DNA from: Squalus acanthias
Lineage: Eukaryota
Assembly: GCA_030390025.1 (NCBI GenBank)
Contig: CM059425.1
Coordinates: 176,888,001 to 176,952,000, forward strand
Direction of reading: 5' to 3'
DNA length: 64,000 bases
Below the pieces are notes generated by a model, which was not told the origin of the DNA, made no database searches, and saw nothing but the letters and a program-made list of their open reading frames with translations. A program made the position numbers and the translations under genes. Positions 51,697 through 64,000 of this stretch are shown piece by piece (position 1 is the stretch's first letter; every line of letters begins with the position of its first letter).

Positions 51697-51950
51697 CTAA
51701 TGTGCAGCTGCTTTGCTGTCTGCACGAAGCAGGATTGGTCTGTTTCCTTCAGTACTTCTTGGGCATATCCCACCAGCCCACTATTTTCCAGCATTCCCTG
51801 ATATTCGTCCATTTGGTATCGTAGTCTCTCCAGTTTTGAGGAACGGCTGTCCTCAATTGACTTGATGAGTTTCATTTTGCGCTGTTCCAGGATGCTGCAC
51901 AGCCTGTCAATCAAATTAGTTGCTTCTTTTCTTGCCGTTTCTCCATTACT
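51697..51950 (-). CDS. TRIM36/TRIM46-subfamily exon, coiled coil
   Basis: SNGETARKEA...ENSGLVGYAQEVLKETDQSCFVQTAKQLHIR, a signature of this subfamily; acceptor ttttttgcag, donor AG|gtgggt; 254 nt, phase 0-2. Confidence 0.95.
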
Positions 51951-52470
51951 CTGCAAAAAAATTACAAGTGAAAGGACTGTGTCTTAACTCAACGTTTCAC
52001 CCAATGCAGCCCATCTACATGTAGGAGCATCTAGTGTAATGTATTCAAACTACTTGTCAGGGAGTTATATTGATCAGTACCAGGACACAGAATAAAACTT
52101 TGCTATATCTGAATTTAAGTCTAAGAACACAAATATTCCCATGATTTGTGCTAGGAGTGTCGTGCTTCTGTACTTGCATATTTCCAATTTTGACAAAGCA
52201 TGCTTTCCACACTAAACTTCCTCAGGTAGCCGATGTCTTTTGTTTACTTCAAATGCCTGCAGTGTAGCTTCCTGCCAGCACTGAACCAGTGCTCGGTGCA
52301 TGCTTTCCTGACCAATTAACTGAATCATTCAGAAGCTCTTGTCAGTGAGGAATTTACAATCACCTCCTACCCTGTCTATTGGTTAACCTACTATTTCAAA
52401 ACCGCATTCCGGCTGCACGACTCACTTTAAAAACAACCAGGGTAGGTTCTCTTATGCTCATCAGTTTATT

Positions 52471-52680
52471 GTGAGAAGTCGCACAACACCAGGTTATAGT
52501 CCAACAGCTTTATTTGAAATCGCAAGCTTTCGGAGCGCTGCTCCTTCGTCAGGTGAAGTGAACGACGAAGGAGCAGCGCTCCGAAAGCTTGTGATTTCAA
52601 ATAAAGCTGTTGGACTATAACCTGGTGTTGTGCGACTTCTCACATTTGTCCACCCCAGTCCAACACCGGCATCTCCACAT
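52471..52680. mobile_element. Penelope-like pLTR fold-back insertion with a 12-bp TSD
   Basis: 81-bp inverted arms 52470-52550 / 52564-52644; TSD CATCAGTTTATT at 52459-52470 and 52681-52692. Confidence 0.85.
52519..52557 (-). ncRNA. Minimal type I hammerhead ribozyme core
   Basis: Minus strand TTCAC-CTGACGA-AGGAGCAGCGCTCC-GAAA-GC-TT-GCGA. Confidence 0.6.
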
Positions 52681-54174
52681 CATCAGTTTATTAACATTGT
52701 TTTTCTAAATCTTTTATGACATATATATTTCCTAATTGGGGGAGAACTTTGTACTCATCCACATGAGGCATATTAGTGCTGGGTGGGTAATTTTAATCTC
52801 TCGGCAATGGTGTGAAACAAACAATATTGGATCGGCCGCCCATTATAACACCCCACCTGATTTTCCTTTCCATCGACTTCAAAGATTTCCACGGCCGTGT
52901 TTTGAGCAGCCTCCGGCGGTCTATTTAAGGACCGCTGGTTAGGCCGCTCAATAATGTCCCCTGTAAGCTGTGCTTTGTTCTGAGCAGCCTGTTTCTTTTA
53001 GTGTGTGGTTCCTTTAAATTTCTGCACAGGCGCGATATTTACAATGGAGAAGCTGGTGAGCAGCCTGCGCGGGACCTTTCCCATTAGAGGGAACATTGCC
53101 GCTCAACACCTGGTGCAAATGGACGGAGCCTGCATGGCGCACACTCTGCCCATTTGTACCTGAAAAATTGCAATTAGGGTGCTACAATAGACGTAGGGCC
53201 ACGATTTACATATTTAAGCAGCCTCAAGCTGGAAACAGGTGGGCAGGCTGCTCGCCCATTTAAAGGCCCACCCGAAGATTGCATCAGGTGGACCTTGGGT
53301 GTCAATAGGGTGGCTGAGGTGCCCCCCCCCCAATATTCAATTACCGGCCTCCAGTTTTTCAGGTGAGAAACAGGCGGCCAGTGTTTGAAAATCACCCCCA
53401 TCATTTTTATTTCGTAAAGGTTTATGATGAGATCATTAAAAACGGACAGATGCAGCATGTTCTCCATCAAGAGAATGGGAGATGGAGGGTGTTCACTTTT
53501 AGCTGAGCCAGGAGTGGGAGTGGGAGTGGGAGAGGGAGTGTGCCTTACAGTGCTGATGTGCTTACTGCTTTACCCATCTTGTGCAGCAAAATAATTAAAA
53601 TCAGGGAACAAGTTTATCTATTTAAGGCTTATTGGTTTATTTATTGAAGGGTTATTAGTTTGTCAGTTAAATATGAAAGTATCAATCTATATTAATATGC
53701 AGCATGCTCCAATTTATCAAGATGATTTAACTAAAGTCAAACCAATGCCTCAAAACTGAGCATCCTATTTTCACGGCTGCAGTGACTCCTTGATCAAAGC
53801 AATTTATGGCCAGTTCATTTTTGCTTTTAGCTCTTTCAGGCACTTCAAGCCTAAATCATGTTTACTTTACTTCCAAGTGAATCAGAAAGGGAGGGATGGA
53901 CTATATTACATATCTTTAGCCATTTACCATTTAAAAAGTTCCCTCCTGAAAGGGGCTTTGGGGTAGAATTTGAAAAATTAAAACAAAAATCATCCAGCTA
54001 TTATATTGAAAATGATAATTAAACATCAATGCAAACAGATACAGACCTGGTTGGCTTTGCAGATCTTTGAAGAATAGCTTTGTGTCAGCTTGAAGTAACC
54101 ATAATGTCAGTGGGAGGGGGGAAGCGAGCGGGAAAATTATTAAATGCAAGGCAGCTGTTCTTGGCGGGTTTGAG

Positions 54175-55367
54175 GACAACAACAACTGGTATTTATATAG
54201 CGCCTTTAATATAGTAAAGATCCTAAGGTGCTTCACAGAAGCGTTATCAAACAAAATTTGACACCAATCTACATAAGGAGATATTAGGGCAGATGACCAA
54301 AAGCTTGGTCAAAGAGGTAGGTTTTAAGGAGCGTCTTAAAGAAGGAAAGAGAGGCAGAGGTGTTTAGGAAGGAAATTCCAGAGCTTAGGGCCTTGGCAGC
54401 TGAAGGCACGGCCGCCAATGGTAGAGTGATTAAAATTGGGGATGCTCAAGAGGCCAGAATTGGAGGAGTGCAGAAAAAATCTCGGAGGGTTGTAGGGCTG
54501 GAGGAGATTACAGAGATAGGGAGGGGCGAGGCCATGGAGGGATTTGAAAACAAGGATGAGAATTTTAAATTCGAGGTGTTGCTTAACCGGGAGCCAATGT
54601 AGGTCAGCGAGCACAGGGGTGATGGGTGAACGGAACATAGAAACATAGAAACATAGAAACTAGGAGCAGGAGTAGGCCATTCGGCCCGTCGAGCCTGCTC
54701 CGCCATTCAATACGATCATGGCTGATCATCCAAATCCAGTACCCTGTCCCTGCTTTCCCCCACAGAATCCCCATCGAGCCTGCACCGACACATATCCCAC
54801 CCTATCCCCGTAACCCCACGTATTTTAATTCCCCCTAACATATCCCATCCTATCCCCGTAACCCCACATATTTAATCCCCCCCTAACACTAAGGGTCAAT
54901 TTATCATAGCCAAATCAACCTAACCCGCACATTTTTGGACTTGATGCAAGTTAGGAGACGGCCAGCCGAGTTTTGGATGACCTCAAGTTTACGGAGGGTT
55001 GAACGTGGGAGGCCAGCCAGGAGTTCATTGGAATAGTCAAGTCTAGAGGTAACAAAGGCATGGATGAGGGTTTCAGCAGCAGATGAGCTAAGATAAAGGC
55101 GGATTCGGGCAATGTTACGGAGGTGGAAATAGGCAGTCTTAGTGATGGCGCAGGTATGTGGTCGGAAGCTCACTTAGGGTCAAATATGACACAGTCTGGT
55201 TTAGCCTCAGACAGTTGTCAGGGAGAGGGATGGAATCGGTGGCTAGGGAACGGAGTTTGTGGCGGGGACCGAAGACAATGGTTTCAGTCTTCCCATAATT
55301 AGTTTAAGGAAATTTCTTCTCATCCAGTACTGGTTGTCGGACAAGCAATGTGACAATTTAGAGACAG
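54175..55367 (-). mobile_element. L2 LINE 3' portion interrupted by a CR1-tail/V-SINE insertion (54633-54940)
   Basis: LHWLPV..FKILILVFKSLHGLAPPYL; TAYFHLRNIARIR..SRLDYSN. Confidence 0.88.
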
Positions 55368-55649
55368 CAGACAGAGCTCTGTGCAAGGCACCTTAGAACA
55401 TATACAAAAGGGACGGATAATTCTAAGTCAAATTGAATGAGAGCGCGGAAACCACAGGAAAATGAGTTGGTTGACAGCATGGTCTCCAATCAGAGCAAAG
55501 CACAGAATGGAAAGCTGGGCGACACACAAAAATCAGACTTTTACTGCCCGATTTACATTCTTTTTAAATGGATAATCCCCTGAAAAATTGGACTGTCTGG
55601 ATGAATGGCACACAGGTGGCAATCCCAGATGGAACACAGACTTCCAACA

Positions 55650-55952
55650 ATGGTAGCACTGTCACCTCTGAGTCAGAAGGTTGTGGGTTTAAGTTCCAGA
55701 GACTTGAGCACAAAATCCAGGCTGACACTTCAGTGCAGTACTGAGGGAATGCTACACTTTCAAAGGTGTCATCTTTCGAATGAGACATAATAACTGAGGC
55801 CCTATCTGCCCTCTCAGGTGGTATAAAAGATTCCATGGCACTTATCAAAGAATAACAGAGAATTCTCCTGGTGTCCTAGCCAACAGTTATTGCTCTACCA
55901 ACACCACTAAAACAGATTATTTAGTAATTTATTTCATTGCTCTTTGTGGGAC
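55650..55952 (+). mobile_element. DeuSINE 5' part (tRNA head + Deu domain)
   Basis: TGGTAGCACT..TCTGAGTCAGAAGG..GGGTTTAAGT head. Confidence 0.75.
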
Positions 55953-56602
55953 CAAATGTATCCAGGTGATTGGGGAGTCAGGACACTACCCTACAGAGGT
56001 ATCAGGTCATAACCTCTGCTGCTGGGCAAACTGTGAACCTCAATATTGGCCTGTGGACTAACTTCACCTCATGTCACATTTTGTAGCTGTATACACACAA
56101 AATTAATAAAAGCCTCATTGCATCTGTACCAGAACTTGTTCATCTCAGCTCTACTTGAGCTGCCCAGTTATGCTGTTCCTCAAAGCAGTCTGGCACAGAC
56201 TACAGGCTTGAGAAGGGACAGTCTGGCCTAAGTCCTGTGGCCGCAAGAACCATGACTGGAGAAGTGAGATTCCCTGCTACATTGAGGGTTTTCCTGTAGA
56301 GTTCAATACTAGATTCATTCCAGAATAAAACTGAGTTTGGAATGTTAACTCAAAAAGCACATTAATATAGGAAGGGGGTAAGAGAGTAACTTAGTGCCTC
56401 AGTTTATCATATGTAAATCTAAGAGCCGAGAAATTACTCGTCAGTGCTAGTAGACAAAGCTTAACATTCTTATGATATTTCTCTATGTACCTTTATTAAG
56501 GGCGTTAACCATTTAAGGGGAGTGTCTAAGCAATTAAAATAAATAGGTTAACACCTTCTTTAAAATAGCAGATAGAAGAATGTCATAGGGACATAAGCAT
56601 TT

Positions 56603-56985
56603 GTCCTTCAGGTGAGATGTTAAACCGAGGCCCTGTCAGAGTCATAACGGCACAGAAGGAGGCCATTCGGCCCATCGAGTCCGTGCTATCTGCTCTCTCA
56701 GCTGAACGATAAAGATCCCATGGCACTATTTCGAAGAAGAGCAGGGGAGTTATCCCCGGTGTCCTGGCCAATATTTATCCCTCAATCAACATCACAAAAA
56801 CAGATTATCTGGTCATTATCACATTGCTGTTTGTGGGAGCTTGCTGTGCACCAATTGGCTGCTGCGTTTCCTGCATTACAACAGTGACTACACTTTAAAG
56901 TACTTCATTAGCTGTAAAGCGCCTTGGGACATACTGAGGTCGTGAAAGGCGCCATATAAATGCAAGTCTTTCTTTCTTTCTTTCA
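56603..56985 (+). mobile_element. DeuSINE with a short CR1-tail insert (about 56638-56686)
   Basis: Deu domain and (CTTT)n tail. Confidence 0.82.
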
Positions 56986-57964
56986 TTTGTCTGCTAATAT
57001 TACCACCGTCATTTCTAGGCTTATATTTGGCCGTTGCTTTCATATGCCTTCAGTTCATGTTCCAGGATGTATTGAGTTACCAGCCCTACTTTTCTATTGT
57101 TAAAAATGATATTAAATTAAGCCTGACAATATACAGTTCAATTTAAAGAGGAACCATCTTCATGGCAAAATGTGTAGCAAACCATTTTTAAGATGCTTGC
57201 CAAACATATGATGCAAAAACAAACAGCATTGGGATACATCATTCACTGTCTTACTTGTAATGAAAATGGCACCTGACTCTTCGAACTGGTCTTCCTCTAG
57301 AAATAGTGAAAATTTTGACTGAACATTTTTTCTTGCAAACAGGGTCCTTTAAATATATTCCTAGCCTAGAAGTGGGACTTTTTACCCTGAACTAAAGGAG
57401 TAATTTTACAAACTCATGCTCCTGGTCTGAGGCCTCACTGTCAGAATTGCATGCTGTAAAATTATCCCTTATAGGTCAGCATAAGTAACTCCCCATCCGT
57501 TTAGAAATGGTGTGGTCTTAGTACTAGAAACGGATCTAATCTTAATAGAATTTATACAGCACAGAAGGAGGCCATTGTATTCTGCACCCTTCCAGAGTTA
57601 AAGAGGAAATCTCCAGAAAATAATTCAGATCTTGCTTGTGCTTTGACGGCTTCGTACGGCTAATTAAAATTATATTTTGGTGCTTAACTGGTGTTAATTT
57701 AAAGTTTACACTAATTAGAAGGTGGCAGGCACGTTAGTCATGGAAGATTAAAGCACAAGGGCTTAGGCTCCATGATAAGAACGTTTTGTCTAAATAGATA
57801 ATAAAACTTCCTCAGAGAACAGGAAAGACGGGGATCAGACGGAAGTTCACTTCACCTGACCATGTACAAATCAGATCATAAAGTAAACATCAATCACTGC
57901 AAAAAGGGCCTACACCTAATACATGAACTTGTCTGTTCTCTCTCCACAGATGCTGCTTGACCTT

Positions 57965-58968
57965 TATTTAATTTTTTAAATTAGTTTATGGGATGTGGGC
58001 GTCACTGGCAAGGCCAGCGTTTATTACCCATCTCTAATTGATCTTGAGAAGGTGGTGGTGAGCCGCCTTCTTGAACCACTGCAGTCCGTGTGGTGAAGGT
58101 ACTCCCACAGTGCTGTTAGGTAGGGAGTTCCAGGATTTTGACCCAGCAACGATGAAAGATCGGCGATATACTTCTAAATCAGGATGGTGTGTGACTTGGA
58201 GGTGGTGGCGCCTGCTGCCCTTGTCCTTCTAGGTGGAAGAGTGGAAGGAGTTGGGGGGGGGGGGGGGAGGATGTCCAATCATGGCTTTGGGAGGTGCTGC
58301 CGAAGAAGCCTTGGCGAGTTGCTGCAGTGCATCTTGTAGATGGTACACACTGCAGCCACGGTACACAGGTGATGGAGGGAGTGAATGTTTAAGGTGGTGG
58401 ATGGGGTACCAATCAAGTGGGCTGCTTTGTCCTGGATGGTGTCGAGCTTCTTGAGTGTTGTTGGAGCTGCACTCATCCAGGCAAGTGGAGAGTATTCCAT
58501 CACACTCGTTACTTGAGCCTTGTAGATGGTGGAAAGGCTTTGGGGAGTCAGGAGGTGAGACACTCGCCACAGAATACCTAGCCTCTGACCTGCTTTTGTT
58601 GCCACAGTATTTATGTGGCTGGTCCAGTTAAGTTTCTGGTCAATGGTGACCCCAGGATGTTGATGGTGGGGGATTCAGCGATGGTAGTGCTGTTGAACGT
58701 CAAGGGGATGTCGTTAGACTCTCGCTTGTTGGAGATAGTCATTGCCTGGCACTTCTGTGGCGCGAATGTTATCTGCCGCTTATCAGCCCAAGCCTGAACG
58801 TCGTCCAGGTCTTGCTGCATGTGGGCATGGACTGCTTCATTATCTGAGGAGTTGTGAATGGCACTGAACACTGTGCAGTCATCAGCGAACATCCCCATTT
58901 CTGACCTTATGTTGGAGGGAAGGTCATTGATGAAGCAGCTGAAGATGGTTGGGCCTAGGACACTGCCC
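57965..58968 (-). mobile_element. CR1-group (L2/Crack-like) LINE 3' fragment inserted in a Penelope-like remnant
   Basis: MFADDCTVF..KAGQRLGIL..YKAQV..MEYSPLAW; the flanks GATGCTGCTTGACCT | GCTGTGTGTTTCCAG join into one remnant. Confidence 0.8.
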
Positions 58969-61443
58969 TGCTGTGTGTTTCCAGAATTTTCATATTTTTG
59001 TGTCAGATTTGCAGCATCTGCAGGTTTTTTTTTGCTTTTTGGTCAATCAAGACTATTTGAGTGAAGAGGAAATTACCAATATACGCTTTGGGGTCGATTT
59101 TAACTCCCCTTGCCTGATTTCTGCCAGGTTGGGGGAGGGGAGGCAGCTAAAATGAAACAGGGAATTATCCCCATTCCTTTCCCAATCAGGCCGACTGCAA
59201 TTTTAAATCTGCCGTCGTAATTTTTATGACGACGAATCAGGCCATGGACGAGGCTCCTGCTGAAGGCAAACGGGGCCTACTTAACATTCAAAAGTTGCAA
59301 CCCGGAGATGTCATCAACACTGCGATGTAATATTAACTTCCCATCAGGGGGAGTCCCGCAGTGTCTGCAGCCCGGCAGTAGATCCACGGTGGGTGGCGCA
59401 AACTGGCCAAAAGAGGCTAAGGTAAGTTCCCACGGGTCCCCGGCTGTGACAACCTGCTGCAAAATTTCCACTCCCGCCCGCTGGTCAGGCAGTAAATCTA
59501 GCTGGATGACAGGTGGGACTCTGAGAACTTTTATTTAAATGAGGCCCTGCCGTTAAGATTGGCAGGGCCTCCATGTTCCAGGGCTCTCTGGGTGTGCCGC
59601 CCGCTTAGCGGCTCCCACATAGCGCTCCCGCCCTCCTTTTAAAATCGGGCCAGTGTCCTTGATGTTTTTAATAGAGCAGAGGGCAAAGTTCAAGGAGCTA
59701 ATCGGACACATCAGATAGTGGCCAGATCTAACATTTACATAGATAGAGATGATACCAGTATAGCACTATTAATGTGTTAACTGGACAGCACAGCACTGTG
59801 GACAAGCTAAACTGGACAGTGTACAACCATTGGCATACTCTACTGGATTATACAATACCCTGGGCATGTCGCTGGGACAGTACAACACTGCAGGCAAGCT
59901 TGACTGTATTTCTAACATTGGACTCCCATATGGATTGCCGGAGTTGATTTCCTACCTTTGACATATGCTTAATAGATGGGTTTCACCACTTCTGAATTAG
60001 ACCATTAGATGCTTTGTTCATTGGTATTATAGCATTTGATCCCAGAATGAGAAAAAACAGGCAGCAGGAGTTAAACCCAAGTGAAAGATATTTCTTATCT
60101 GCCAACAACAGAATGACGGGGCAAGTGTGGTGGCCAAACTATCCTGTGCTGCACACTAAAGAAAAAACCATAGCTGTGACTACAAAACTAAAAATACTAG
60201 GGGGAATCACTGCCTTGCCTGTTATTCCAATTACAGGTTTACATCAGTGCCCTCAGCGTTGTTCCTTTATATTTAATCCTTAATTGGACCCTAACCAGAC
60301 CAAGGTGCACAGTATGTTCCGTGTCCTATAATTCAGTTACAGACAGGTGTTGCTGAATCAGCTGGTAGATTTACTTTAAATTAGAATATGACACAAAATC
60401 CATTTATGAACAAGACAAAGGATTCATGCCCCACAATAACAAAAGACAGAATCTAATCACTGTCAGAGACACTGACACAAATTGCTTCTGTTTTAGTTCA
60501 GGTCATTCATTCAGTTTGAACTTTGCACAATTCACAATAGTATCATTGTTTAGATACTATCATCCACTTCTATTAGTTTTGAGAAAAGTAAGGCTAACAA
60601 GATGCAAATCTCTGCATTTTTACACTAAAGTGGTGAAAAGTCACTAATTTCATTTACCTCTCCCCCCACCCCACCCCCAGCCCATTCCCATTCTGCTCCT
60701 CTTTGATTCTGGCTGGTATTCCATTTGACCTGATCCCGCTCTTCTGTCAGTGCCAGTCCGAGCACTAATGGCAGGGATTGCAGCCTCTGTATAGTGCAGA
60801 CAGGAACACTCAAGAACACGTTATTTGGTACAATTTCTAGCATTTTGGACCTTACTATAATTCTGCTTTTCAAGCCACAAGTAATTTCTCCTGTAAGGAT
60901 TACAGATATTTTAAATCTGAAAATAAAAGTAACTGCAGGAATACAATAGAACCTACAGGATCCAAATCCTTTCATTGGTTATCTGAACCCAACTGGATCC
61001 TGTTAATTAGTAACCCTGAAGCTTTTTACAGCACACACCTACAGTAATCTTAACCAGCAGTGCACTCTGCATTCACAAGCCAAAAACAGTTCACTCCCTC
61101 ATTCGTCACTGTCCCTTTGGCAACTTATTTCAGGAAACCATTTTTATTTTTGATTAAGGATTTTTCAGAAGGGATAATAGTGAGTCAACATCATGACAAA
61201 CAAAGCCATGGAACCGAGTTCTGATGAAAGATCACGCCCAAATCATAACCTGCCTTTCCTCTTTTTGATGCTGATCAAACTGCTGTGCATAGAGACTAGA
61301 AATTCCTGTTACGTATGGGTTAACTCCTTTGCCAAATAGCAAACAGATTAGCTTATATTGTTATTGTTTATGTTCATGTACTTCAGATAAAAACCATTAC
61401 ACATTGCAATCACTACTAAGAAAAGCAAAGTGTATGGAAATAT

Positions 61444-62258
61444 GGGGAGGAATATTAACTCCATAAAACAGGTGGGCTGGAGTCGGGTGGAATGTTAAAA
61501 AGTGTTAAAAATCTAAATCCCGACCCCCCCCTCGCTCTCCGATACCCCCATCAGGCATTCCGACCCTCCCCCCGATCCCAGCCTTCCGACCTCCCCCTCC
61601 CCGACCCCCTCCGATGATCCCCGGCCCCTGACCCCCTCTGACGATCCCTGGCCCCTGGCCCCCTCCGACGACCCCTGGCCCCCGGCCTCCGACCCCCTCC
61701 GACGACCCCTAGCCCCCGACCCCCTCCGACGACCCCTGGCCCCCTCCCCCCTCCGACGACCCCTGGCCCCCTCCCCCCTCCGATGACCCCTGGCCCCCTC
61801 CCCCCTCCGACGACCCCTGGCCCCCTCCCCCCTCCGACGACCCCTGGCCCCCTCCCCCCTCCGACGACCCCTGGCCCCCGACCCCCTCCGACGATCCCTG
61901 GCCCCCGACCCCCTCCGACGACCCCTGGCCCCCTCCCCCCTCCGACGACCCCTGGCCCCCGACACCCTCCGACGATCCCTGGCCCCCGACCCTCTCCGAC
62001 GACCCCTGGCCCCGGACGATCCCTGGCCCCCGACCCTCTCCGAAGACCCCTATCTTCCTCCTCTCTGCTCCCCAGGCCTACCCGCCTGGCAGCCTCTCAA
62101 TCTGGCTGGCTGCAGGCGGGAAACAGATAAAAATATTTAAATCAGGCCCTGCCGTTAAATTTGGCAGGGCCTGAGTGAAACCCGTTCCCCTGGGTTTCCC
62201 ATTCGTATTCCAGCCCCCCCTCCAACGCCCCCCACCTGCCTCCAAGATAAAATTCCAG
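61444..62258. mobile_element. MITE with an expanded GC-rich minisatellite
   Basis: Ends are homologous (inverted) to 62358-63020. Confidence 0.7.
61560..62050. repeat. 27-bp C-rich minisatellite
   Basis: Unit CCCTCCCCCCTCCGACGACCCCTGGCC and variants. Confidence 0.93.
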
Positions 62259-62357
62259 TCATGCTTTCCAGGAACAGACACGGGGAGCTGAATTTTGTGT
62301 TCTTTGGTGGACCTGACTGTCTGCCTTCAGTCTAGGTCTTGTAATCTATTGTACTCT

Positions 62358-63020
62358 TAGGACAGAATTTTAATCGGGAGGCGGGTTGGGAGCAAGGGGG
62401 CTAGAAAGCGGTCAGGAAACCTGGGAGAATGGGTTTCCTCGCAGGCCCTGCTGAATTTAATGGCAGGGCCTGATTAACATTTCAAAGCTCTGTTTCCCTC
62501 ACGCAGGCAGCCAGATGGAGAGGCTGGCTGGGAGTCAGGCGGGTAGGCCTGCGACTTTAGGCCGCAGAGAGGAGGAGGGTGAATTGGGGCCAGAGGGGGG
62601 AGGCCAGGAAGGCGATCGGAGGCCGTAGGTCAGAGGGGGGATTTAAGGCCTCAGGTAGGAGGTCAAGGAAGATCAGTGGCATCAGGGGGGACGTTGGATC
62701 CAGCAGGTAAGTGTTAAGGCACTTACCTCCTGGATCCAGCAGTCCTCACCTCCCTTTACCTCTCGGGTTCCCCGAGGCCCGGGAAACCTGACCAGCCAGA
62801 GTTAAATTTGTAATGGCGAAATACCATAAGGCACGCCAGCCTCATTATAATATTTAAATGGGTGACCTGCCTCCTGAGAGTGAGTTGGCTGCCCGCCCCC
62901 CGTCCCGCCTCCGTTAAAACCGGAAGTGGGCCGGTTGGGTTTGAGATTCAGTTTTTTTTTTAACTCTTTAACCTCCCACCTGACCCCAACCCACACGTTT
63001 TTGTGGGTTACAATTCCCTC
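62358..63020. mobile_element. MITE, inverted neighbour of 61444-62258
   Basis: Same family as 9334-9976. Confidence 0.72.
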
Positions 63021-64000
63021 CTTAGTGACAATTAATGTCACTCCTTACATTTGCCCAAGGATGTTGACCAGTATCATATGGACAGTGCATGATTTTGCCC
63101 TGGTTTCTGTACGGATGGCAAATTACTTCCACTGCAATCACGTAAACAAAATGAAAACAGCTTCCATGGTCAGAGACATAACCAGGCATGACATTCAATG
63201 GTTCACAACAGACATCACAAGATGACACTGCAGTAAAATAGAAGTCTCAGGTACTTTTTTTGAGTTAAGCAAAACTCATTACCACCTGAACCATGTTCTC
63301 TATTTTATTTCCAAACCCTTGCAATTCCACAGTGACAGAAATGCTCAAATAAAGACAGTTCACACATTCATACCAGGGAATATCTTCATTATTTCAAAAA
63401 CAAGACTGCAAACACCTTCAGACAAGACAACAGCTGGCCAGTCCCCAAAAACTTCTTTTGAGGAAATAAAGTTTTGAAAGACTACTACATTGAGCAGTTT
63501 GTTTGTTACATAACATTTCTGGAGACAAACATTAAATAAATACACCTGTAATGGTGACTCTCAGAAATGATCAGCTGAAAGTTTGGCTCCCTCGAGTCTG
63601 TGTGCAGCCAATAGTGGGAGAAGGTTACATCTAAATCGATTGGTTCGGATAGGCTCCAGTTTCCACCTACTAACCAATCTGTATGGTTCTGATGAACTCC
63701 AGTGTGGCCCTCAAAATGAACTGACAGTCTCCGTAAAACCCTTCCAATTGTTCTGATTGGTTGACATGGACAACTTCTAATCTGAGTGAAAAAGATGATG
63801 GTCTACAAATTCGGTAGCCCCCGAAAACGGGCATTACAATGCGATGGCAACCCGTGCCCCTTCGGAGGACTGCAGGCAGCACATAAAATTCATGCTGCCT
63901 GCTAATTAACATGATTGTAGCATTCAGTTGAGGGCAGAACGCGCTGCTGAGTGGCTGAAAGCTCAACAGGGGGCCCAAGTTCGTGCGAGGCTAGCACCAA

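Noticed and set aside
61220..61290. Second hammerhead (CTGATGA...)
   Set aside because: Degenerate Penelope remnant lacking the GAAA core and stem II.
61513..62130. Pro-rich and Arg/Gly-rich ORFs
   Set aside because: Translations of the minisatellite.
63670..63978. Possible upstream TRIM exon
   Set aside because: No resemblance to B-box or coiled-coil sequence; it partly overlaps a MITE.

Overview
Vertebrate genomic DNA, most likely from a cartilaginous fish: the CR1 tails, DeuSINEs, V-SINE and Penelope remnants are of the kind typical of sharks. Three phase-compatible minus-strand exons encode the coiled-coil, COS and FN3 regions of a TRIM36/TRIM46-subfamily gene, separated by 11-13 kb repeat-rich introns. 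No recognisable SPRY exon follows, but a TE-free 3'UTR-like stretch lies at about 17.9-20.2 kb. The most notable element is the 3' half of an endogenous LTR retroelement (about 2010-5530): integrase C-terminus, a small transmembrane ORF, env, PPT and 3' LTR. Its env looks like a paramyxo/pneumovirus F-type class I fusion protein (lokiretrovirus-like), with the fusion peptide/HR1 region apparently deleted. A young CR1 LINE is inserted antisense into the integrase. The remainder contains CR1/L2 LINEs, SINEs, many PIF/Harbinger-like MITEs (often nested or in inverted pairs), a Penelope-type fold-back with a hammerhead ribozyme core and a 12-bp TSD, and two locally templated duplications. Family assignments come from recalled motifs, not database searches, and most repeat boundaries are approximate.
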